DNA from: a virus
Taxonomy: Duplodnaviria > Caudoviricetes
DNA length: 58,688 nt
Virus record (IMG/VR): IMGVR_UViG_3300037041_002703
Span: 1-58,688 of that record
Direction: 5' to 3' (one strand)
In this document: piece after piece, positions 29,065 to 38,643 of the stretch
How the letters are laid out: the number at the start of each line of letters is the position of its first letter
Numbering within the stretch: the stretch's first letter is position 1
Program-made: the position numbers and the translations under genes
The notes under the pieces: model-generated
What the model was told of the DNA's origin: nothing
The model's database searches: none
What the model saw: only the letters and a program-made list of their open reading frames with translations

Positions 29065-31218
29065 ATGCCAATTTTTAATTCCCAATCACTAGATGCCGCC
29101 GGAGGTTTTGAAGCAATTTCAAATAGAATTGCTGCTTTACAGGCATATAATGACTCCAGAGAATTAACTCAAGAAAGCGACAAAAAAAGGGGTGATAGTC
29201 TTGCACAATCTTTAAGATTATTAGCGGGACAAAAATCCTCAGTAGAAACAAATCAAAGCAGAGACAAAAGAAATCAACCTACCAGTTTTGACAGACTGAT
29301 ACAGCTAATTGGACAATCAAATCCAAATTCTAGATTTCCGAACACTGAAAAAGAGATTAGAAAAAATCTACTTCAGTTAGTTTTCCAAATGAAGGGTGAA
29401 ATAAAACAAATTGTCCAAGAAGAAGCATTCAGAGTTTTAAACTGCGCCCAACAGCAAACATATAAAGGACTTTCTGCAAACGCAATCCAGACTATTGGAA
29501 ATTTATCTTTACTTGATGACCAACAAGGGATATATGTCCGAGTTAGTGACATAGATTTTAATAAAAATTTGACGATAAGTGCTCAAACACAAATTGGTAG
29601 ACTTTATTACGAAACAACTGGCATAACATCATTGGCAGTTTATAACAACTATTCGGGTCGTAGACCTTTCCCAATGAACTTTGAATTAAATGAGCGTATA
29701 AATCAAGAAGGTAGAACTTTTAAAGATGAATATAACGTAAGTTATAATGGAAGGAGTAGACAAGGAATTTTTGATTTTGAATACAAAACAGTAAACGGAC
29801 TTGGTGTTTCTGGCAATTTTCTTAGAGTATTTTTGCTTGACAGAGAAGGTTCTCCATCGTCAACAAACCCTAACCAATCTACTTTACAGTTTTCCGCAAA
29901 CACCATTCAAAACGCTTTGGGAGATTATTATGATTCCATTGACATATATGAACCAAAAGTATTTTTAGCCAATTTATTAAAGCTTGCCACTGGTTTGCTA
30001 GCAAATAGTGTTTCAATACAACAATTAGAATCGCAAAACAAATTCACAACAATACTATACAGAATTATGGGTATTTGTGAATCTGGGTCTTCTGAAATTG
30101 ATGTTTCCGGGAATGCTAAAGTTTCTGAATTGGATAATCTTGACGAAAGCTTTTTCACCTTTACAGAGACAGAATTAAATGATATAAATTTAGAATCAAA
30201 TAATCAAAAAAGAGGCGTAGTTCAATTTATTGACTGTGATAATATTGATTTACCGGTCAATAATGAACTCTTATTACAAGAGTTAGATACTCTATCAAAT
30301 ACAATAGATTCATTGCCAATTGAAGCCCAGGTTGCTGAAATAGAAAGAATATTAGATTCAATTCCTCAAGCATGGAGTCAACAAGGGTTTGGTGGTATAG
30401 GTTTTGATTTGCAAAGCCCATTTAATCAAGGTATTTACAGAAAAATAATTCTCGCGTTACTTTCTTCAGTTTTTACACCCAAGGTATTATTTCCTCTTTT
30501 TATATTCAAAGAGTATCTACAAAATCAACTTGTTGGGTTTACTAATAATTTATTGGAAGCTCCGCAAACATTAATCACACAAGCGAACGCTCTTATAAAT
30601 TCAGCAAATACAATTAATGCTCTAACTACAACATTTATAAATGATGGTGTAGATTTTACCAAAAAATACAAAAAATTTGTATTCAGAGTTGTTGGAAGAA
30701 TTATGAATAGATTTTTAGAATTGCTATTCACAATGCTCAAAAAAAATATTTTGAAACTTATTAAAACCATTCTCAAAGACATTGCCAGAACCAGTAAAAA
30801 TGCAAAATTGAGAGCAATAAATGCAATTTTAGATTATGCCGAACCTTTGATACAAGGATTCCTAAACTATAGGGAATGTAAAAGTTTAATTAAACAAATA
30901 CAAAGAATTTTGGATTTGATTCGTGGAGAACCACGAACACCACCTAATCCGTTATCTAACGCACTTCTTGTTTTATCAGAATTTTTGCCCGGAATGTCAC
31001 CGGAAAGGGGTGTTCTAAACAGTATCGAATACATGCAAAGATATGGATTAAAAACAGGTCCTAATCCAGATGGTAGTCCGAATAGAATGGTAGCTTTCAC
31101 CACAGCCCTTCAAAAGGGAGGTTATGATGAATTTATACAGAATGGTAAAGTAGAAGGTACAGTATTTGTTCCTCCTCTTACAGGGGGGGTATTAAAAGTA
31201 TGGGCTAAAGGAAAATAA
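29065..31218 (+). CDS. Large hypothetical protein, probably tail/baseplate-associated
   Basis: 717 aa ORF upstream of the gp5-like gene. Confidence 0.65.
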   Translation: MPIFNSQSLDAAGGFEAISNRIAALQAYNDSRELTQESDKKRGDSLAQSLRLLAGQKSSVETNQSRDKRNQPTSFDRLIQLIGQSNPNSRFPNTEKEIRKNLLQLVFQMKGEIKQIVQEEAFRVLNCAQQQTYKGLSANAIQTIGNLSLLDDQQGIYVRVSDIDFNKNLTISAQTQIGRLYYETTGITSLAVYNNYSGRRPFPMNFELNERINQEGRTFKDEYNVSYNGRSRQGIFDFEYKTVNGLGVSGNFLRVFLLDREGSPSSTNPNQSTLQFSANTIQNALGDYYDSIDIYEPKVFLANLLKLATGLLANSVSIQQLESQNKFTTILYRIMGICESGSSEIDVSGNAKVSELDNLDESFFTFTETELNDINLESNNQKRGVVQFIDCDNIDLPVNNELLLQELDTLSNTIDSLPIEAQVAEIERILDSIPQAWSQQGFGGIGFDLQSPFNQGIYRKIILALLSSVFTPKVLFPLFIFKEYLQNQLVGFTNNLLEAPQTLITQANALINSANTINALTTTFINDGVDFTKKYKKFVFRVVGRIMNRFLELLFTMLKKNILKLIKTILKDIARTSKNAKLRAINAILDYAEPLIQGFLNYRECKSLIKQIQRILDLIRGEPRTPPNPLSNALLVLSEFLPGMSPERGVLNSIEYMQRYGLKTGPNPDGSPNRMVAFTTALQKGGYDEFIQNGKVEGTVFVPPLTGGVLKVWAKGK

Positions 31219-31219
31219 T

Positions 31220-31429
31220 ATGACACAAGAAGAATTTAAAGTATTCATAGAAGTAGCCAAAGATGCTAAAAATGTCCCAAATGTTCGTCTTGAGCAAACT
31301 ATGGATAAACTAGCGCAAGAATTTGAAGTTACAAAACAAAGTGTTCTAGGTTTGAGTGTTTACTTAGATAAAATTGAAGAATTGTACAATACAATCTTAA
31401 AAGAATATCAAAATAGAAATGCCGGGTAG
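31220..31429 (+). CDS. Small coiled-coil hypothetical protein
   Basis: 69 aa ORF between coupled neighbours. Confidence 0.65.
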   Translation: MTQEEFKVFIEVAKDAKNVPNVRLEQTMDKLAQEFEVTKQSVLGLSVYLDKIEELYNTILKEYQNRNAG

Positions 31430-32918
31430 GATTTGGTTTTACGCTGTTGTCGTCGACAATCAAGACCCACTCAACCTTGGTAGGGTGAGGGCACAGTTAT
31501 TAACAGACGATAATACTGCGATTAAAAAAAGTTATGAAGGTTTTGGTCCTGCAGATTATTGGACTGAAAAAGACCCCTTTGTATTTAATTCTTTGTTACC
31601 TCTTTATGTCTGGGCAGTCCCAAAGATAGATGAATTAATACAAATATATTATCACGAACCTGACACGGCGCAGTTCTTAAATGCCTACTATATTCAAGGG
31701 CCATTCAATAGAATTCAGAATATTGTTCAAGAAAATTATAATGAGTCCCAGAAATTTACGGACATTTCAGGTGTGCAAATTGTTGGTTCCAAAAATTTAC
31801 GTAATCCGAACGGAACTTACAAAAACCCAGACCCCGATGGTGTTTTTCCGGACCCTGGTGACGTAGCATTGTTAGGGAGAGGGAGTACAGATATTGTACT
31901 AAAAGAAAATACGACGCTTCTAAGAGCTGGTAAATATAATGGAGAACTTGTATCCGATAGAGACCCAGTTGGCAATAAAAACCGAGCTTTTATTCAATTA
32001 AGTAAATTTACAAACAAGACAACTATTGGGGCACAGGTAAAACAAGCCGATATTAAAGTTCAAAACTTACAGGTAAATTATTTGGTTGAGTATGATATAA
32101 CAAATCCTGAAAACAATTTCAATTTGTACAATGGTTCTGTTAGATTGTTTAAATTGTTACCAGCGCTTGCTACAACCTCCGAAAATCTAAAAGTAGATTC
32201 CAATGTTGAACAATATAAATTTATTAAGGCTTCTCAATCGTTCAATGTACTGACTCTACAACAAGTTATTGATTACATTAACACGTTTATTCAGGAATGT
32301 AACTCAGCCCAAAAAACCGCCACAGGTACAGCTTTATTTAGTGTTTTAGATGAAAGATTTCCAATATACTTTAGACCTGCCAATAGTTTCTATGACTTGA
32401 TGAAAACCTCAACAAACAATAATGTGAGGTTATCATTAACAACGGTTTTTTCTAAAATTAAATTAAACTTTAATGATAAAATTGGTGGTTATGGTTTAAT
32501 CTACCAGCAAAATCTAGTGGGTGACCCTATTAAAATTACCCCAAAAAGTTTCAGAAAAATTGAGACAAATGCTCTTCCTGAAACTTATGGTGCATTAGGA
32601 GCACAACACATTTACTTACTTTCACAACTTTCTCAAATACCAGGTAAAAAGAAAATTAATTTTGCAAATTCTTTATATGGTATTGATGAACAAACCTTTG
32701 CTCTTCAGATTCAACCAAACACCTCAAGTGCTGTAAGAGGTGAGGAGCTGTTAGAATTGCTTAACGTTATTGTTAGATTTCTTGTTTCACACACGCATGG
32801 ATTCCCTGGAGAACCCCCCATTCCAATAACTGAAGACGGTTCAAGCGTTAATAATCTTATCCAACAGCTAAATGAGGCTTATACTAAGGTGTTGAATCAA
32901 TATATTCGATTGAATTGA
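31419..32918 (+). CDS. Baseplate hub/spike protein with gp5/VgrG-like N-terminal OB fold
   Basis: AVVVDNQDPLNLGRVRA...VPKIDELIQI, and C-terminal HTH (SHTHG) typical of spike tips. Confidence 0.7.
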   Translation: MPGRIWFYAVVVDNQDPLNLGRVRAQLLTDDNTAIKKSYEGFGPADYWTEKDPFVFNSLLPLYVWAVPKIDELIQIYYHEPDTAQFLNAYYIQGPFNRIQNIVQENYNESQKFTDISGVQIVGSKNLRNPNGTYKNPDPDGVFPDPGDVALLGRGSTDIVLKENTTLLRAGKYNGELVSDRDPVGNKNRAFIQLSKFTNKTTIGAQVKQADIKVQNLQVNYLVEYDITNPENNFNLYNGSVRLFKLLPALATTSENLKVDSNVEQYKFIKASQSFNVLTLQQVIDYINTFIQECNSAQKTATGTALFSVLDERFPIYFRPANSFYDLMKTSTNNNVRLSLTTVFSKIKLNFNDKIGGYGLIYQQNLVGDPIKITPKSFRKIETNALPETYGALGAQHIYLLSQLSQIPGKKKINFANSLYGIDEQTFALQIQPNTSSAVRGEELLELLNVIVRFLVSHTHGFPGEPPIPITEDGSSVNNLIQQLNEAYTKVLNQYIRLN

Positions 32919-32939
32919 TATTTATTAAGAAAAAGTATA

Positions 32940-34454
32940 ATGTCAATTTACAGGTCGTATTTTAGTAGAAACAATACACTTATTTCCAATTTATTTACAA
33001 ACACAGCCAGAAACCCAGTGGTTGAGCTTAATTTTGGTAGCTCAGACCTAATCACCCCCAATTTCGGATTCACTCGTTTTATTTTTGACTTAGACCTTGA
33101 TGGTCTTAGACAAATGTATCTAGACAAATACATCTCAACAGGATGTACCACAGCCATCACCCATACCCTTTTGATGACAAACACATCATCATTTGACGAC
33201 GACCTTATCAATACCAATATGAATAATGGGAGAAAGAGAGCAACATCTTTTGACCTTATACTTTTTAGAATACCAAAATTCTCAGGCACAACCGGAATCC
33301 CCCAAGCTTGGGATGAAGGTGTTGGATACGATTACAATGATTTTGGGACCACCGTCAATGGAGTCTCAGGTTCACAAACAGCAATTGAGCAATACAACAA
33401 CAAAAGCTTCTCTCTAAGGCCTTCAAACTGGTATCAGACAACAACTGTTGCAAACTGGTCTCAACCTGGCATATACGACAACAAAAACACCTTAACGGGG
33501 CTAACTGGATTGAACTACTCATCCATAACAATTGTCGATGAACAACATTTTGAACTTGGGAACGAAGATATTCAGTTTGACATGACAAATGAAATTACTG
33601 GAATCCTAAACGGAACAATCACAGGTGTAACAGGATGGGGTGTTGCTTACAAACCAGACATTGAAAACCTAAGTGGTTTAACCGATGCCTACTCTGTTGG
33701 TTTCTTTGGAAAATATACCCAAACATTCTACCAGCCATATCTTCTTACCGATTATAATGACTTAATCCAAGATGACAGAAACGTATTCCTAAAAAACCAA
33801 ACTAACAAACTGTACCTTTACGTTTACCAGAATGGAGACTTTGTCAATCTAGATAATCTACCTGGGGTAAACATCGAAGACCAAAATGGTGATGTTGTTC
33901 CTGGTGGTTCAGGATTAACAACCTGTCTGGCTACAAGGGGGGTTTATGAAGTTACCGTGCCAAATATTTTTACAAATCAGCCCGTACCTTGTTTATTCTA
34001 CGACGTGTGGACAGGACTGACAGTCAATGGACAGTCCCTACCAAATGTTACAAACCAATTTGTTCTGCAGAACTACTCTGCCGGAATACAAATCGGTAGC
34101 TTATCTAAAGAGCCAAGTAAATATGGATTTAGTTTCTACGGCATCTTACAGAATGAAAAGATACTTAACACGGAAGTTCGTAAAGTAGGTGTTGTTGTAA
34201 AAAAAGAGTGGACTTCGCAACATCAGTTAGAAAATGTTGATGTTTATTATAGAATATATGTGACCGAGGGGACAACTGAAGTTCAAGTTCAGGATTGGAC
34301 ATCAGTAAATCGAACTCCAAATGAATATTATTTTATGTTTGATATGAGAGACAAAATCCCCAATGAATACTATGTTGATATTAGGGTAAACACAAGTGGT
34401 GAGAAAGATATTTATAAAGATACCCTAAGATTTCAAATCGTTAACAAAAAATGA
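32940..34454 (+). CDS. Putative virion structural protein (beta-rich)
   Basis: 504 aa, T/N/G-rich, WDEG.G motif, TATTTAT at 32919. Confidence 0.65.
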   Translation: MSIYRSYFSRNNTLISNLFTNTARNPVVELNFGSSDLITPNFGFTRFIFDLDLDGLRQMYLDKYISTGCTTAITHTLLMTNTSSFDDDLINTNMNNGRKRATSFDLILFRIPKFSGTTGIPQAWDEGVGYDYNDFGTTVNGVSGSQTAIEQYNNKSFSLRPSNWYQTTTVANWSQPGIYDNKNTLTGLTGLNYSSITIVDEQHFELGNEDIQFDMTNEITGILNGTITGVTGWGVAYKPDIENLSGLTDAYSVGFFGKYTQTFYQPYLLTDYNDLIQDDRNVFLKNQTNKLYLYVYQNGDFVNLDNLPGVNIEDQNGDVVPGGSGLTTCLATRGVYEVTVPNIFTNQPVPCLFYDVWTGLTVNGQSLPNVTNQFVLQNYSAGIQIGSLSKEPSKYGFSFYGILQNEKILNTEVRKVGVVVKKEWTSQHQLENVDVYYRIYVTEGTTEVQVQDWTSVNRTPNEYYFMFDMRDKIPNEYYVDIRVNTSGEKDIYKDTLRFQIVNKK

Positions 34455-34930
34455 AAAAAGTAATCAAAATGTCGGAAACAAATTTAAAAAACATCATTCG
34501 TAGAGCTTTACATGAAGCTGAACACGAACATAATCGTTATATGTTTTTTAGTAATCTTGAACAAATCAAAAGACAAGCAGAGTTACTTTTAAATTTAGAC
34601 CATGACCAAATCCATTCTATTTTAGAGGATGGACATGATTGGGCTGATGACCATATTACCGTTGCTAAAGAAAATTTAGACCAGGTATTTGATTTCATGA
34701 TGAATGAAATTAATCAAGAAAGTGATGAGGGTATGATGATGGGTGATATCACTGTAGTGGAGGGTAAAAAGAAAACAGGCACAGAACTTTGCGCTAGAGG
34801 CAAAGCGGCTGCAAAAGCTAAGTATAAAGTTTACCCTTCTGCTTTTGCAAATGGTTATGCCGTGCAAGTTTGTCAAGGAACCCAACCTGGTCTTGATGGT
34901 CAGAAAAAATGTTCAGGAGCATATTGCTAG
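34451..34930 (+). CDS. Hypothetical protein with shared N-terminal leader and a KYKVYPSAxANG domain
   Basis: MKKVIKMSETNLKNIIRRALHE...CARGKAAAKAKYKVYPSAFANGYAVQVC. Confidence 0.7.
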   Translation: MKKVIKMSETNLKNIIRRALHEAEHEHNRYMFFSNLEQIKRQAELLLNLDHDQIHSILEDGHDWADDHITVAKENLDQVFDFMMNEINQESDEGMMMGDITVVEGKKKTGTELCARGKAAAKAKYKVYPSAFANGYAVQVCQGTQPGLDGQKKCSGAYC

Positions 34931-34954
34931 ATTGAAAAATTTGTTTTACCTTTG
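34924..34954 (+). promoter_or_regulatory. Bacteroidota-type sigmaA promoter
   Basis: TTG at 34924-34926, 20 nt spacer, TACCTTTG (TAnnTTTG) at 34947-34954, 9 nt before ATG 34964. Confidence 0.6.
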
Positions 34955-34963
34955 TAGTCAAAG

Positions 34964-35377
34964 ATGAAGGTAATGAAAAATCTAAACCACACTTTTCGTC
35001 GTTTCGTTCAGAAACAGATGATTTACGTTTTTCGGTATGTCAGTACCGAACAGGAAAAGTCCATATATGAGCGCGACTGTATTGCCGTATGTAAGAAGTT
35101 TATTAATCAGCCAGATTCAATTATGCTTCTTACACCAATTAGTGGTAAACGCTATATTAGAAGTGAAAAAAATGAAATTTTTATTATTTTGGACTCACAT
35201 AGAGTAAAAATCATTAATCATGTTTACGCTTATGATGTGCACATTAACGATAAATCATGGAATCAAATTATTTCACTATTTGACAATGAAGTTGAAAAAC
35301 GTAGAGAGGAATTTGAATTTCAAATAACATCTAATATTAAATCGTCACTTCAAAAAATTGCTAGGGAAAATTTATGA
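34964..35377 (+). CDS. Hypothetical protein, probably early-expressed
   Basis: 137 aa ORF behind a host-type promoter. Confidence 0.7.
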   Translation: MKVMKNLNHTFRRFVQKQMIYVFRYVSTEQEKSIYERDCIAVCKKFINQPDSIMLLTPISGKRYIRSEKNEIFIILDSHRVKIINHVYAYDVHINDKSWNQIISLFDNEVEKRREEFEFQITSNIKSSLQKIARENL

Positions 35378-35715
35378 AAAACATTTTTAATATTCTTTTT
35401 TATGCCGGAATGGGCGTAATAGTTTCAATTTTAATGATAATTGGTTTGTTCGCAATAAATTTGCAAAATATTTTAAACACGTTCAGTAAAAATCAACCCG
35501 AAGTTAGTTCATTTGTAAAGGACAGTTCGGCTTATGTGATAAAAGATGACAATCACAACAATCAGGTAACTATAGAAAAATTACAACCTAAAGTTGAAGT
35601 TACAAAAAAAGTTGTCGCAAAACCCGTAGAATTAAAAAGCCAACCAATAATTGATTCTCAATCTGTAGCTATTATCAAAGACACTACAACTATTTCACCG
35701 GATTCTGCCCGGTAG
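35374..35715 (+). CDS. Hypothetical membrane-anchored protein
   Basis: N-terminal hydrophobic stretch ILFYAGMGVIVSILMIIGLFAI. Confidence 0.65.
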   Translation: MKNIFNILFYAGMGVIVSILMIIGLFAINLQNILNTFSKNQPEVSSFVKDSSAYVIKDDNHNNQVTIEKLQPKVEVTKKVVAKPVELKSQPIIDSQSVAIIKDTTTISPDSAR

Positions 35716-36328
35716 ATTCTCTCAGAACTTTCGAGATTAAATCTCGTAAACTCTCATTTTTCTTTTTGGGCTTGTAAGATACCATGGTAGGTTTGTTACC
35801 CTTACCTACCTTGGGATTCTTTTTTTCGGCAGCTCTTTTTTGAGCACAAGCTGATTTTTTTTGAGCGTCAGTCATTTTAGCGGCAACACCTGCGGCTCTA
35901 CATTTCGGGTATCCTTTAGAATCTGCTTCAGGTCTACCACAAGGTGGGTGACCTCCACCTTCTTTTTTACGGCAAATATTTACCCAAGGACCTTTAGGTT
36001 GCTTACTTCCTTTAGGTTTTTTTTTGGTTCCAAACCAAACGGCCAAATCTTCTTTCAATATATCTTCTTTGAAAATTTTTTTTCTCATCTTTTCAACTTT
36101 ATTAATGTTTAACTTAACTTTTTTTTCATCATTTGAAATTTGGTCCTTATTTTTTTTTATTTCACCATCATAAGAATCAAAGGCTGTTTCATTATTTAAA
36201 TATTTTGAAACTTTTTCAGTAAAAGGGCGAAGTTGTTCTGTAGTCCAAATTCTAGGAGTAATATTTAATTTTCCCTTATATGCACCATCACTTGAAGATG
36301 TTGTTCCTTCGTTGATTTTTTTGTTCAT
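35690..36328 (-). CDS. Basic hypothetical protein with LxxWF...WVNIC...CGR...YPKC domain
   Basis: 212 aa ORF with TATTTAT at 36343-36349 on the minus strand. Confidence 0.7.
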   Translation of the reverse strand: MNKKINEGTTSSSDGAYKGKLNITPRIWTTEQLRPFTEKVSKYLNNETAFDSYDGEIKKNKDQISNDEKKVKLNINKVEKMRKKIFKEDILKEDLAVWFGTKKKPKGSKQPKGPWVNICRKKEGGGHPPCGRPEADSKGYPKCRAAGVAAKMTDAQKKSACAQKRAAEKKNPKVGKGNKPTMVSYKPKKKNESLRDLISKVLRESTGQNPVK

Positions 36329-36359
36329 AATATTATTATTCTATAAATATTATTTTTTT

Positions 36360-36581
36360 ATGCAAGAGTTTGTACCATTCCCATTGTTTGACAGAATTAA
36401 CATTCAAAATTCAGAAGATTTCGAAAAACTTATTGAGGACCTCAATAATGAACAATCAACTTTCATAATTCAGATTGCATTGGAAAAAGCTTACAATTCT
36501 GGGATATTTAGTTTAAGTGAATCTGAGATTTTATCAAAAGCTTTACGTTTGAATAATAAAAAGGAAAATAATCAAATCTAA
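36360..36581 (+). CDS. Small hypothetical protein
   Basis: MQEFVPFPLFDRI...GIFSLSESEILSKALR, ATG at 36360. Confidence 0.65.
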   Translation: MQEFVPFPLFDRINIQNSEDFEKLIEDLNNEQSTFIIQIALEKAYNSGIFSLSESEILSKALRLNNKKENNQI

Positions 36582-36628
36582 GCGTAGATTTATCCGAAAT
36601 AAGTAAAAGTATTGTTGAAGGTGAATTA

Positions 36629-36769
36629 ATGTTAACACAAGCCGTGAGAAAAGGCCACAAGCCCTATTATGGAGACGAACTAGAAAATGTAAGAACTGAA
36701 GTTGGTGTTTTACGGTGTTTATACTTTGGTAATGAATCAAAGTTTTGTAATCCAAGATATAATAAATAA
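36629..36769 (+). CDS. Possible 46 aa ORF not in the track
   Basis: MLTQAVRKGHKPYYGDELENVRTEVGVLRCLYFGNESKFCNPRYNK fills the gap up to the terminator. Confidence 0.4.
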   Translation: MLTQAVRKGHKPYYGDELENVRTEVGVLRCLYFGNESKFCNPRYNK

Positions 36770-36799
36770 AAAAAGGGGACCGAAGTCCCCTTTCTTTTT
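36768..36799. terminator. Bidirectional intrinsic terminator after the major capsid gene, with C(UUCG)G loop on the minus strand
   Basis: Minus strand reads GGGGAC-TTCG-GTCCCC-TTTTTTT. A T-rich tail is also present on plus. Confidence 0.9.
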
Positions 36800-36812
36800 G
36801 TAGTTTGAGATA

Positions 36813-38609
36813 TTATCTCAATTCTCTCAAGTCGAACGTTCTAACACCATCAACTGTGATTCTACCATAGAACCTGTTATTTACAACCTTCTTAGCGTAT
36901 CTAGTCATGATACCCTTGATAGGTGTAAAGTTGAATGGGTTATACATCGTAGGAGTGAGTTGTAAAGGTACGTATGGAGCGTAGATGTATCCAGTGTCAA
37001 GTAACGAAGTACCTTTGTGTCCTAACAACACCTGGTTTGCAGGGAAGTAAGGGTCACGGTAAACTTGATATCTACCAGCCAAAGTACCAACTCTCTCGAT
37101 ACCCATGTTGTATTGGTCTTGCTCAGGAGCTGCGTTTGATACGTGGAAGTACTCCAAGTCATCAAAGATTGCAGAAACCTCAGAAGATACAACAATCCAG
37201 TTTGCGCCACCTCTTAGAGTTGATTTGTGGATTTGTGCAGAGATTTGGTTGATTGCAGTGATAAGCGTCTGGTTCCAGTCCTTCTGAGTGTAAGGAGTAG
37301 TTCCAGCTGAGAATCTCTTCCATCCGTTGTAGTCCCAACGAAGGTTCCAAGATGCAGCTTTTCTCAAGTCTCTCAAAATCTCACGGTCAATTTCAGCAGC
37401 TACTTGCTCAGACAACAACGCAGTCAATTCTGCTTCAGCGTCGATGTTGTGGAATGCAGCTACGTCTTGAGCCATTTCAGGAGACCATTGTGCTCTAAGT
37501 TTTCTTTCAGTAACCGAAACAGTCACAGACTGAAGGTCGAAAGAAACTTCACCAATTTTATCTTCGAATTCAAGATTCTTGTAGATTCTGTAAGTTGCAG
37601 TGAATGCCTGGTTTACTGTGGTAATTTCTGATGCAAATGTAGAACCAGTGTAACCGTCAAGTGATGAATCACCACATGAAAGACAAACAGGAACTTGCAA
37701 GTCAACTTCAAGGTAGATTTTACCCTCTTGGTCACAAACGTCGTAGTATGTACCACCATCAGTTTTAGAGTTAGGGAACACAAGAGTGTCATTTTGTCCG
37801 TATTGTACAATACCCTTACCGTATTTTTGAGTTACAACTCTGAATAGGTAGTTATTTTGAGTATTTGCAGAAGTATACAAGTTTCCAGCAGCACCACGGA
37901 TTTGAAGGTCAGTCAAGAATTCTTCTGTGTCCATAGGTTGACCGTTAGGTCCGATAAGTTGTCCAGCACCAGCTGTAGCAAATCCAGACATCACAATCAG
38001 AACCTTTCTGTAGTTACCCACAGTGTAAGCCGAAGGAATAAGTTGGTCAGCTAACCAAGCAACAGTAGTTACATCAGCTGAAATAGCTGAGAAAGAACCT
38101 TTAGAGTAGTCGTAAAGTCCTGGTGGGTCCAAAGCTGGTTCGTTACCTTCGTAGAATCTATCGTAAAGGTCTTTTTGAGTGTTATAGTCATAACCACTGT
38201 TAGGAGTTTGACCCGCAGCTGCATTAGGTGCTCCGTAAGGTGCCCAGTGCTCGTTTAAACCAGCTCCAGTGTAAGACTGAATGTTTGGTACGAAGTAGAA
38301 CAACTTACCGATAGGAAGGTTCATCGCTTGTACAGAAACGATATCGTTAGCCAAAAGCTTAGAGAATACTCTACGTACAATTGGGAAAACAACGGTTTCG
38401 AATGAACCTGAGTCTGCTGTAGACGATGCTTCGTTTATCAAATGTGACGCTTGGTTTTCATACAACTGCGCGATATTTTCTTTAAGGTGACCGTTAAGTC
38501 CTTCGAGGAAACCTAACTTGTCCCATTTGTTGATTGTATCTTCTTTGATAACTTTAAGGTGCTTAAGACCGATGTTACCAACAAGACCACTTTCTAATAA
38601 TGCTCCCAT
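36813..38609 (-). CDS. gp23: Major capsid protein (T4 gp23-like)
   Basis: FPIVRRVF..L.A.DIVSVQAM..P.G, RKLRAQWSPEMAQD..AFH.IDAEAEL, EIDREI, YAPYVPL, P..GIMTRY. Confidence 0.95.
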   Translation of the reverse strand: MGALLESGLVGNIGLKHLKVIKEDTINKWDKLGFLEGLNGHLKENIAQLYENQASHLINEASSTADSGSFETVVFPIVRRVFSKLLANDIVSVQAMNLPIGKLFYFVPNIQSYTGAGLNEHWAPYGAPNAAAGQTPNSGYDYNTQKDLYDRFYEGNEPALDPPGLYDYSKGSFSAISADVTTVAWLADQLIPSAYTVGNYRKVLIVMSGFATAGAGQLIGPNGQPMDTEEFLTDLQIRGAAGNLYTSANTQNNYLFRVVTQKYGKGIVQYGQNDTLVFPNSKTDGGTYYDVCDQEGKIYLEVDLQVPVCLSCGDSSLDGYTGSTFASEITTVNQAFTATYRIYKNLEFEDKIGEVSFDLQSVTVSVTERKLRAQWSPEMAQDVAAFHNIDAEAELTALLSEQVAAEIDREILRDLRKAASWNLRWDYNGWKRFSAGTTPYTQKDWNQTLITAINQISAQIHKSTLRGGANWIVVSSEVSAIFDDLEYFHVSNAAPEQDQYNMGIERVGTLAGRYQVYRDPYFPANQVLLGHKGTSLLDTGYIYAPYVPLQLTPTMYNPFNFTPIKGIMTRYAKKVVNNRFYGRITVDGVRTFDLRELR

Positions 38610-38643
38610 TTTTTTTGTTTTTTTTTAGTATTTTATTTGTTTT

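Noticed and set aside
36580-36770. Possible tRNA or ncRNA in the gap before the capsid terminator
   Set aside because: No cloverleaf or T-loop motif was seen, and an open reading frame fills the gap.
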